Both the position numbers and the translations under genes were made by a program. Positions 28,801 through 38,600 of a DNA stretch of 64,000 nt are shown in pieces; position 1 is the stretch's first letter, and each line of letters starts with the position of its first letter. The DNA comes from a virus: positions 32,001-96,000 of the IMG/VR virus record IMGVR_UViG_3300046779_002065; one strand, 5' to 3'. The notes beneath the pieces are model-generated. The model was not told the DNA's origin and did not search any database. It was given only the letters and a program-made list of their open reading frames with translations.

Positions 28801-31800
28801 AATCTGGTCAAGCTGTGTCTCATTGAGCAATTCCTCCGAACCGACTTTTGTCGAACGGATCCTGCTGATTGCTTCATCAATAATATCCAGCTCTGCCTGC
28901 ACCGATGCCGGTAAAGACATGGACAAATCATAATACTCGTCGATAAACTCTCGCTCCGTAAATCTCTGTAACCATTCGTTGAACTTCTTGACGTCGCTAT
29001 TGATCTCCTGATCCAGTGCTGCAAACTGATCGTTCAATTCCTGGTTGGTAGGGTCTGCGGTACGCTGTCTGCGAAGATCGTTTAACAACTTACGCTTGTC
29101 AGCGATCAATCTGCGCTGTCCTTCGTATGCATCGAAATACGATTGCATCACCGGATTCTTAAACGAATAGTGGTCTCTGGTGTAGGTGGTACCATCCTCA
29201 TTGTAATAGGTGACCGTACGCTTTTCGCGGAGCACAGCATTGGCAGCAGATTCTCCACCCTTCCTGGAGACGAAGTTCTTGACATGGGTGTCAAATTCCA
29301 TCTCATAGAAATTGTTCATTGCCGTGTTCTGCGCATCATTGGTCAAGCTACGCAGTTTGTTAAACGCTGCATACACGATTAATTCCGGGTTACTGGAGTT
29401 GGAAATCAAGTCACCCAAACCAAAACCAATCGGAGTCACCGAGGTATTGCTTCCAAGGTAAAACCTACTGTCTTTGTTGTTCATCAAGCTATAGACATAG
29501 TCTTCGATGTCCTGTTCAGTGAGGGATTTCTTTCCCTGGTCAGCTAATAGCTTCTGCAGCTCTTGTTGCTTTTCTGCCAGCTTCTCTTTACGGAGCTGTT
29601 CAATCTGTTGAGGTGTGTACGTAAAACGCTTGCGTGCCTGCCATACAGCCGGTTTCCACTCAGGATTTTCCAGTTCAGTGATCTCCCGTTCAAGACCTTT
29701 GATTCTACCTTCTATATATTGTCCACGACTCTCGTAGATCTGTTTAACAAATTCTTCCGGAACAGATTCTTTAATGTACTCGATCATGATCCGCTCCCCT
29801 TGCTGGCGATACTTGCTGATCGCATTGCTGAGTGCCGCTCTGGATGTCGCTAGTACCTGCATCACCGGTTCGGTACTGGAAAGCTTGTTACGCTCACCTA
29901 CCTCTGCAATGATCCCCAGGATCTCCTCCAGGTTTTCTGCCTCTGTTTTGATTTCACTCAAACGTTTCAAACGCTCCTCTGTAGTCAACGGTAACGCATC
30001 CAAACGAGCAGCTTCCTCCTCGATCTGTTGAGCAGAAAGATTCAACGCTGCAATAGCTGCAGAGAGTTTCATTCCCTTAGCAAGAGAGAGTTTATCCTCG
30101 TCATTTGCTTTGAGCATCTCTTCCTTGATCTGGTAGAGTTGCTTGCTGCGGTTCTGGTAGTACTCTTTTACTTTTGGATCACTGTAGTATGCCTCGCTCT
30201 TTTTGAGTTCTTCACGCAGCTGGGACAACTGTTTGTCAATACCTTCTACCATGAGGTCAATAAACTCATCCAGTGTAGTATCCTGGAATAATTCAAACAA
30301 GTTGACAACCTCATGGGTAGCCTCTTCTCGTTCATCAAAAGTTTCTCCCTCAATATAGACAGAAGCAATGGCAGCTTCACGGATACGTTTAAACTCTCTT
30401 CGTAACACGCGTTTCTCGCTGATGATGTTTCCTTCTTCATCGCGCTCATACTCAGTACGATACGCATAGTCAAATTCACTGTAGCGGTGTACACGTGCGC
30501 TGGCAAATTCAAAATCCTTGTTGCTTGCACGCATGTTCTTATTCTTGTTTGCGTAAATCAAACTTAGAATGATGCGTTCGTTTACTTCAATTCCTGCCTG
30601 TTTCATCATACGCTCATACACAGAAAGCTGTGCATCGTAGTCCATGAACTTGCTGCGCATTTTAAGCATACCAAACTCAGGGGTTACTCCAGGAAGGAAT
30701 GTCTCTTTCTTGTACTCCTTGGCAAGTTTGTTATGAGGAAGTTCTCCTGCATTGACACGAGCAGTCTTTAAGTCATAAATGGTCACACGACCTTTTTTGT
30801 CAATTGCCATAAAGTCAATACGACCTACAATGGCACCACGGATCGGATCCTTACTGATCATCGTCATCTCCGGAATCAGGATATGTCCTTGCGCATAAAC
30901 GTCACCAAGGAAACCGATAACCTCTTTGGTCATCTTGTACACATCCTCCTGCGTCATCCCCTTGAAGTCAAACGCAGTTTTTGGATTATCCATGGTTTCC
31001 TTGTAACGTTCATTAAAGTCTTCTCGTTCAAACAAAACGATAGGAGCTTGTCCGGTTTCAAGAGAACGAACCTGAAGTTCCTCCAGCATGTTGTGAACGA
31101 ACGTTCCAAAGTTTGCATAGTTCTCTGCACCGGTAGCATCGGTTTGACCAATTACTCTGGACACCCTGCGGGTTTTGTTCGGAGTATTAATCAGAATCTG
31201 TTTATAGTCAAGCAGTTGCTGACGGAATTTTTGCAGGGTAGCTCGCTGTGATGCATTGGGTTTTGATGTACGCTCTGCCAGTTTAAGATACTCAAGCTGT
31301 TTGTCAACACGCTCCAATTGTCTTTCCAGGATCTTTTGTTTCCAGGCAGAGTCGTCTTTCTTTTCTTCCTCTCCAGGAACAGGTAACTCTTTATCGAGGT
31401 CCGCATTTTCGGGTTCCTCCATATTGTACAGTACGTTGTCAATACTGTATGCTTCAATCAATACATTGCGGGTATTGAGGATTGCAGCAAGTTCAGCAAA
31501 AGTGGTATCCAGCGGCATCTCGCTAAAGTCTACTGCCACGTCGACATTGTATCCTTTTTCCCTGAATACTTTATTGAGTAATTCTTTTAACCAGTTGAAC
31601 ATTTTGCTGAGGATAGAACGCAGCTCGTCAAATTCCCTGGCAGCATTGTTCTCAATTTCCTTTGCATACTCTTTTTGCAATACACGGGTGATCAACTCAG
31701 AACGTCGGTCTCCCATGGTAAATCCTTTCTCATTGGTGTAGGTACGCTCAATCTCTGCCCAAAGAGCAGGAGCAACCACCTGTGCTTGTTTGAAAAGACG

Positions 31801-32607
31801 AGTAGCAAGTGCCGGACGATCTACTTTCAAAAGTTCAACCACAAAGTGCATGACTTCCTCCATCCCGATGTCTGGAGTCACACGTCCTTCTACCAAATAC
31901 ACCGTGTTACCTTTAGCAAACGCGTTGATAGAGCGCAGGTTTTTACCCGGGTGATCACTTTGTTTTAGCTCACTGGGATGAATCCATTGTACATCAACAC
32001 CTTTTACATTGTCCAATAAACGGTCAACCACTTCATTTACCTGGCGTTTCTTCTCCTGGTATTCGCTGTCCTGGGTACTAAATCCTTTGACGTCTTTCAT
32101 GGAGTCATAGCGCACTTCGTTGAACTGAATCATGTAGCGCATTCGACCCATGTCGTCGTTGTAAGCGTGCAGGGATGCTTCGCCGGTAACAGCAACGTTG
32201 TTAATGTTGGCAACCAAACGCTGCGCCTTACGCATGTCATCGGTGTTGGACCCGTAGAACCTGATTTTAAAATCTCTCTCCAGGCGAGCTTTCTCTTCTT
32301 CGTACGTTACGGCGTCTGCACTCAGGTTGTAATTAATCCCTGACATGTCTTTCATTCCGGCAACATAGCCGACAACGGGTTCACCGTTCTCGTCCAGGTT
32401 AACCAGACTCTCCCCGTTTTCCCAGTCGCCGTGACGGTTTTTAAACTCCGGAGTGTACGCAATTGCCCACATCCGCAGTGCTTGTTCTTTGTCCCCAGCA
32501 AGTGCTGGAAGTTCCATGATGTCTTTGAACAGGATAGAGTCCTTGCTGTTTGGTGCAAGAACTCTTGAAATTTCTCCTGATTTGTTACGTATAATACTGC
32601 AAGCCAT
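25876..32607 (-). CDS. Giant virion/ejected protein (2243 aa) with a degenerate zincin-like domain and a PD-(D/E)XK nuclease domain
   Basis: MEEVMH zincin-like segment; GTFVHNMLE...GRIDFMAIDKKGRVTIYDLKT...YDAQLSVY nuclease motifs; adjacent to the RNAP as in crAss-like phages. Confidence 0.75.
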   Translation of the reverse strand: MACSIIRNKSGEISRVLAPNSKDSILFKDIMELPALAGDKEQALRMWAIAYTPEFKNRHGDWENGESLVNLDENGEPVVGYVAGMKDMSGINYNLSADAVTYEEEKARLERDFKIRFYGSNTDDMRKAQRLVANINNVAVTGEASLHAYNDDMGRMRYMIQFNEVRYDSMKDVKGFSTQDSEYQEKKRQVNEVVDRLLDNVKGVDVQWIHPSELKQSDHPGKNLRSINAFAKGNTVYLVEGRVTPDIGMEEVMHFVVELLKVDRPALATRLFKQAQVVAPALWAEIERTYTNEKGFTMGDRRSELITRVLQKEYAKEIENNAAREFDELRSILSKMFNWLKELLNKVFREKGYNVDVAVDFSEMPLDTTFAELAAILNTRNVLIEAYSIDNVLYNMEEPENADLDKELPVPGEEEKKDDSAWKQKILERQLERVDKQLEYLKLAERTSKPNASQRATLQKFRQQLLDYKQILINTPNKTRRVSRVIGQTDATGAENYANFGTFVHNMLEELQVRSLETGQAPIVLFEREDFNERYKETMDNPKTAFDFKGMTQEDVYKMTKEVIGFLGDVYAQGHILIPEMTMISKDPIRGAIVGRIDFMAIDKKGRVTIYDLKTARVNAGELPHNKLAKEYKKETFLPGVTPEFGMLKMRSKFMDYDAQLSVYERMMKQAGIEVNERIILSLIYANKNKNMRASNKDFEFASARVHRYSEFDYAYRTEYERDEEGNIISEKRVLRREFKRIREAAIASVYIEGETFDEREEATHEVVNLFELFQDTTLDEFIDLMVEGIDKQLSQLREELKKSEAYYSDPKVKEYYQNRSKQLYQIKEEMLKANDEDKLSLAKGMKLSAAIAALNLSAQQIEEEAARLDALPLTTEERLKRLSEIKTEAENLEEILGIIAEVGERNKLSSTEPVMQVLATSRAALSNAISKYRQQGERIMIEYIKESVPEEFVKQIYESRGQYIEGRIKGLEREITELENPEWKPAVWQARKRFTYTPQQIEQLRKEKLAEKQQELQKLLADQGKKSLTEQDIEDYVYSLMNNKDSRFYLGSNTSVTPIGFGLGDLISNSSNPELIVYAAFNKLRSLTNDAQNTAMNNFYEMEFDTHVKNFVSRKGGESAANAVLREKRTVTYYNEDGTTYTRDHYSFKNPVMQSYFDAYEGQRRLIADKRKLLNDLRRQRTADPTNQELNDQFAALDQEINSDVKKFNEWLQRFTEREFIDEYYDLSMSLPASVQAELDIIDEAISRIRSTKVGSEELLNETQLDQIHELELQRNKIYQEALKSDPDYQKKMERYRELKTFDENWGLYNKIRAEKIAAYGIDSEEFKRWEKLNKTRRPSDKFYKDVNRIYERIDAILGGQDPEMTALRAERSKIRRKYKMNGTFYSGNMDPQDIEAYDALEEKIEAIRKKAALEEGEDGLPLEVRKKLGVQYERLSKLQTQKQTESYTEELNKRVTELEKVANELREIESIYDYSGTSSEKALEERYINAQTNYYTLEEQFTAWYNKNHTNLYEPDTFRNGKVLDPAPKKIHFEQVPVEDLDDSYFEEVLHRKFRMSRPTEAAKNPRYQLTPEGYPVPKGLQLVNNRWEISGTNEFINPEFVKLTQNQTDYDFYNWLVMDNYIAKQDGTVGRKLAFLFPGVEMNKVDNIKEFGLIEGIKREYEETAQEVVLGKNKSQTDIASNEYGSADRMRVRFKHNFPLDAMLTTTNGITAVGMWMVEREINHEMGKADIAFSAIIDAMEGMRDHVTDTTKMNQLNKAIELVTFERDKFIYGKRMKGGDKDINTMKGLRLFMKAVSFGRLGFDFAAQTGNMLSGNVQTFLNAQKGDYTPSNLLYAKKKVYNILGSMISDYGKVSDVSFETKLVRFMNPNQKELSELVNLNTKSQLDRFLTQSMDFANLAYMLQDKGETEIALTTMVAIMDHHKYKVFDLDASGEKQYDTEGNVMYKMENGEPVLVNGFDIFTEDNTGKIVTRKDVDVTSQQVKMLRNKVYSQILKAQGNYADWTSTHISSTQFGVMMEYFKKYFVHMALRRFGKHQEDFEGMKFAAGWYRIMYDMFRQYGFKEGIKAMIPGNNKSEVNEYYRTGSLQAGRELLTGLVMMMLYGYLRGLAYSDDDDEVELNWMEMQIMRTFAKVISESRSMIPVPFVGNVNTYIDSFSNFTSVFREGKTMWKLVENSLSLMGYEIFGDSFEEAAFYQKRYGMYEAGDPKALKNFHDLIGYDNIIGIFEPEYKLKEQFKNK

Positions 32608-32615
32608 TTTTAGTG

Positions 32616-35600
32616 TTAGTTACATTTTGTTGATTCATCAGTCTTAGACTGAAGTACTTTATCTACCGAGTCAGTTTTGAAGAGCTGACTAAACTCATTA
32701 AATATTCCACGGTTCTTTGCTGCCTCATCTGCTGCATCGTTCATCTTGTGACCGCTGTGACCTTTAACCCACTCAAGTTTGACACTTCCGCCGTTTGCCT
32801 CGATCATCTCGATGCGCTCGATAGCTTTCTGTACGAGGTATTGGATGTATGGTTCTTTTGCTTTCCAAGGTTTTGGTTCACGCTGAAGAGATCCTTCACT
32901 GCGCTCCCAGAGAGCACCGTAGTTTACAGCACCTTTGTAGTCCTGGCGGATAACAATATGTTCGCTGCTGTTCTTAAATGAATCCAGGGTCATCACCAGA
33001 CCAAGCATCTCCATGGTAGGATTGGAGAACTTAGTTCCAGGAAAGAGAGCTTGAAACGACTTCATAGCTTTGCTTTCCTCTGTTCCGCTCATCTTGTACA
33101 TCTGACCGTTGAACTCAACAGCTGCTCCATATCCAAGTTTACCGGTCCCTTTAATGTCGCTTCCGTCTACAAAGATTTCCAGTGGAGTTGCTGGAGTAGA
33201 AAGTATTACAGGAGTAGACTGTTGAGGTTGAGTTGCAAGTTGATCCATTATTTTAGCATACTCTTCTTTTGGATTAACACCGCCTCTTGACAAAATGTGT
33301 TTCATTCCTTCTACTGATTGAAACCCATTTTCTTTAAGTTTATTGATAAACGGCAAATATTGTCTGTTTGTTAAATCTTCAGCAACAAATACAGCATACT
33401 GTAATCTGCCTTCAATTAAATCATTTACTCTATCATTGAAAGACTCAATTTGACTTTTTCTTAATACTTGTGAATTACTTATAAAAGTAAAAGAGGTTTT
33501 GTCTGCATACTCTTTTAATGTTGTAGAAGAATTAAATTGAGTGTTTAGTACAGCTTTACCTAAGAATGACAGATCTATTCCTGGATAGAGTTCACCCAAC
33601 GCTGCGCGATTCACCCGGTCTTCATACTGACCATAGTTTTCACCGACTTGTTTTGGACCCAACACAGCATGCTGACGTTCATGTTCCATAACAAAGGTTT
33701 CCCACTCTTCATACGATTTAAAAATATCTTCAGGGAATGCCGTTGCATAAGAATTATCACGTTGCTTCAGCGGGTTTGTCCAAGCTTTGTCGTAGTATTT
33801 CTCTCTTAACAAATTACGGTTAAGCACAATGGTGTTATCACCTCTTCTGAATTTAGCACCACCAGGTTCGTTGCTTCCTTCACGCTCAAGAGATTTTGAA
33901 TCAATCACCGTGATACCTTTATAAGTACCACCTGTTTCATCAATGCTGTTTATCTCAGGTTTAGCAGTACCTCTAGCATATTCATTCAGTTTGATTGCCT
34001 CATCTACTTCAAACGCAAGTGGATTGATATTAGAGTCACCCTGACGGCTTACTAACTTATACACTGCTTTGTTTCCGACAAATGGATTGGATGTGTTTAC
34101 ATCTGCTATATCCGCCTGGTCAGGATTTGCTTTGTTGTAGATCTGATCAAGTAACTTAGAACCTAATCCTTTGTCATCAACTTCACTGAGGATTAATAAA
34201 TCTCCATAGGTGTTGGTAACAAACAATGGGAAGCTGTATTTCTTTTCTCCAGTTTCCTTATTTGCTTTACGAGGGAAAATCTTGTAATGCATTGCAATAG
34301 CATCCTGAACCTGTTGTTCTTTAGCATCAGCAGGTTTCATGGAGATCATTACTTCATTGTTTTCATCAAGCAAGAACAGGTCATTGTTAGACGGATTTGT
34401 TTTACCTTCTTTGACACTTCTGTCCTGGTTTGTCTTATATTCACGTTTACGCTCTGTAAACGGATCATTGAGGTTCTTTGCTTCAGCAATAATCTTTTCA
34501 CCCATTCCAGGACGAATGCTTTTGATTGCTGCATGCATAGCTGCTTCACCATACTCCGTAAACTTGCCACGGTCATTGCTGTAGTTTAATACTTTCACAG
34601 CATTCTCATCTGGTACAGGATTGTAAATACTTACTGCTTTTTGAACAACGTCATCAATCAGTGTATCTACATCACCCTTTTCATCTAGAATACTTGCAAA
34701 CAAACTATTAAACTTGCTTTTGTATTCCGCTTGGTTCTGTGCTTTGGTTTTGCCAAACTCATCCAGTTCATTAAACGCTTTCTCAATCTTCTTGAGTTCA
34801 CCGCTGATTTCTCTAAAGTTATCAGGGTTTAGGAATGGACGCAAGCTGTAAGGTGCTGCTCCCATACCGTCTTTGATGATTGTATAATAAAACATCTGGT
34901 ACGCTGCCTCACGAACTGTCGGATCTGCATTGGTAAGAAGTTGGTCCAGTCCGTTCATGATCATGGTCTGACGATCTTTTGACAGCTTCACTTTACTGAT
35001 GCTGCGCATGATCTTTAACCCTTTGTCAGTCTTATGCGGAACAATAGATTTGATAAATGCGTTTTCAGGAAACTGAGACTTTAAACGGTTCATGATGTTA
35101 AACATGTCGTTGTTGTACCAGTAGTCTGCTTTAAGCATTTGCTGGAAACTCTTGTAACGTGCATACACTACAGGAGACTTCTCTTTGAACGAAGGATCCG
35201 CCAACGCTTTGTTGATGGTATTCTTCAGTGCATTGAGTGCTAAATAGTTCTTGATATGACCAGCTATCTTATCTGGAGTCGCTTCAAAGATGGCAGCATT
35301 TAACTGTCTGCTCAGTTCTTTGATGATAGGACTTCTCTCCAAGAACATCTTACCCAGTACTTCATCCATCAGTTCAACACTAGCTCCTAGTTTGTTATAC
35401 ACCGGACTTTCGCTAAAGATGTTGTTAAACCCTTTAAATGAACTTGCGTTTCTGTCTCTGCTGTAAGTTTCCATTAAACGATCTACGGCATTGAAGTCAG
35501 GTGCTAGAGATTTCTGTGCGTCGGTTAATGGAGTTAACTCAAAGCGGATTGCTTCAGCCTGTTCGTACTGCTTGATATATGCTGCAAGAATTACGACGTC

Positions 35601-38600
35601 TTTCATCTCTTGAGTAAGGATGCTTCCGTCATTAGCAACAATCTTTAATCCCAAAGAATCTACGGTAGGATTGTCACTGTTTGCTACGTTTGCATCGACA
35701 TTGTTTACATCGAATTCAAACGTATAGTCACTTAAATCAAATGATTCAGCAAATTCAATCAGACCGAAGTTAGTTGCCTTTTCCGTCTTTCCCTTCATCT
35801 CCAACAGACGTTTAGTCAACGCGTTGTTCATGTAGGTACCCAATGCCATACCATGCTTTCTACTACGACGAACAGAACCTTCTGTCTCCGCCATGTATTT
35901 ATCAATGGTGCTTTTTACACTAGGCATCAAATTAATGTAGATGCTCAGGTATGGATCAATACCCAATGATAACATCGTAGCTGTTACTCCCATGTTGTAC
36001 TGGTTAAGAGACAACACGGCAGGATAAGGTTTCTTAGCAGCATCGGCACTCATACCCAGAGAGTTTCCAATCAATGCGTGTGCACGCTCTGCGCTTGGAT
36101 CGGATTTCTCCGGAGTAAAATTCTCATAAACCTTACCGTTGATATTCCACAATGGTTCAGTTAATTCCAATCCATGTTTAACGGCAACACTCAATGCTTT
36201 ATTAAACGCGGCAAAGATTTCAATACCACGCTTTGCACTTTTGTTGGAGTCACGAACATTTGCTACAGACGTAATCGTTGCAAAGTTGCTTTGTCCAATC
36301 GTATCTTTTTCATCACGACCCAGTGTCTCTACAGCATTCTTATAGATATCTGCGTTGGAAGATTCTTTACTGTACAGATTATCAAAGACGTGTTTGTGTC
36401 CAAGAATCTGATTCATCGTTTTGGTAATCTCGTTCTGGATATTGGGAATTACCGGAGAACCATTTACTTTCTCGTAGCTAGCCAGGTCATCGGCAGTCAC
36501 CGGCATTCCAGAGTTCTGAAGCACGTTTACTACGGCAGCTACCTTCTCCAGGAGACGAAGCTGACGCTGTAGTTCAACACTTTGTTCATCCTGCTGGGTT
36601 TCCATGACCTGTGCAAGATCTTCCAGGGACGTAAATGTCCTACCCAGTGGTGCAATCTTCTTATCGGAAAGCAAATCACGGTAGCGGTTCTCCATAGATT
36701 TCTCTATGTCAGCCATGGATTGGTTGAAGAACTCCTGCACTTTAGGACCAAACATTGCAGAACTTTCTTTCAAGTTCTCAATCTGGTATTCCTTATCCTC
36801 GCGCATACGACGCAGCTCTTTGCTCACCAGTGGACCAAAGAACGGATCGTCCATCATGTAATGGAGATACTCAACGAATTTTGCAGTCTTGGTATCTAAC
36901 CCATAGCGGTTCTCATATTCAGAATAATCACCATAGATGTTTAGCTCACCCAATACGTTCTCGTACGTACCCATTACACGGGCGTACAATGCATCGATAT
37001 CTTTATCAGAACCAGAGAGGTAATGCACCTGTTCTGGAACAACAATCGTATTGATATAGGTCGCATCAATGTATCCTGCTACTTTCACGCGCACCATCGA
37101 ACGTTTATCCTCTGTAGGAATACGTGTTGCAAAGAACTCCTCCATGGATTTCTCAATGACTCTGAGTTTGCTTGGGTTGGTAGTAGTAGGACGAGGAATC
37201 AATACTTCCACGTAATAGTCTTCGTTACCATTTTCGTCAACTGTTTTTCTAAAAGATGGGTAACGGGTTTTGTAATTTTTGTATTTACCAGGGTTCTTAC
37301 GAATCAGGTAGTCTGGAACCGGCTGATCGTTTTCATCCACAATGATTTTATAACCAAAAGAAGAACCGTGGTAGAATTTGAAACCAGGTGCTTTTGGTTG
37401 GAACATGGTAGAGTTTGCCATGGAGAACACATAGTACTTCAACGCCTCGGTGATCCCGTTCAAGTTGGTACTGTGTACAGGCTGACCATCCACTACATCC
37501 CACATCTTGAGCATGTTTTGTGGTGCACCCTGTTTCTGCAACGACTCTTGGATTAGTTTAAAGAAGCTGGCAACATCGATTTCTCCGTCTTGCTTTACAA
37601 TACGCTCAAACTTCATCCGTGCGTTAAACGACATGTCGCTCAACAGCTTACGATACTTGATCACCAGGTCTTTTAAGTCTTGAGGAACATTTGGATCCTT
37701 TAAGTCTAAGTCTGTATCGATCAACAACTTAGGTTGAATAGAGTCCGTCACATCATGGTGATGCGCTTCCGTAGCTACCTGGTTATAAGCATAACTCATT
37801 GGAATGGTTGCCACGTTGTTTCCTAGATCCCAGTACCCGCTAGCATTTTCAAGTTCTTCTACGCTGGTTACGTACGGAATAACGGTACCACGCTTGGAAG
37901 CACTGTTGTCAGATACTTGTCCAAGACGGTGGAATTCCATATTGTTCAAAATGCTGTGCAGCATTTCTCTTCCGTTTATAGGAACAAACTCCTCGTGAAT
38001 CTTAGTGATTGTATCACGGTAAAGCTGCTCTATTGACTCATTGTTCTCGTTTACTTCTTTTCCCATGTCTAGCTGACCTTCATAGAGATCGGCTAGTTTG
38101 TATAACTCTGCTACGCGTAAACGCGCTGCTTTGGTATTTGAATCCTTGTAATAGCTTACAGTAAAACGGTTAATGTAATGCTCACTCATCTTGAGGTAAT
38201 GAATCGGATGAGCAGTTACCGTCTTCTGTGGATTTAACTGGATACCACGACCATTTAAATATTCAATGTCTTCCCAGGATACTTGTTTGTAGCGAAGGGA
38301 ACGAATGATGCTGTCGGCACGTGCGTCTTTTTTACCTTCTGCATTCAAGAAGTTCAAACGGTGATTGAGTCGTTGGTATACGTGACCATCCAGGATAGAA
38401 AACTTCTCTGCATTCTCTACATCGGATTGATTATGAGACTGCGCTTTGGTGATGTCATTTTTATCAAAGAACACCGGCATCTCTTTTTCTACATCCTTTG
38501 CACCTGCAATAGTGATAACAGCGTGTCGGTAGGTAATGTTACCTGCCTGGATCAGCATGCTTGCTGCCTCAGCGTTTTTACCAGCTGCCGCCTGAGATTT

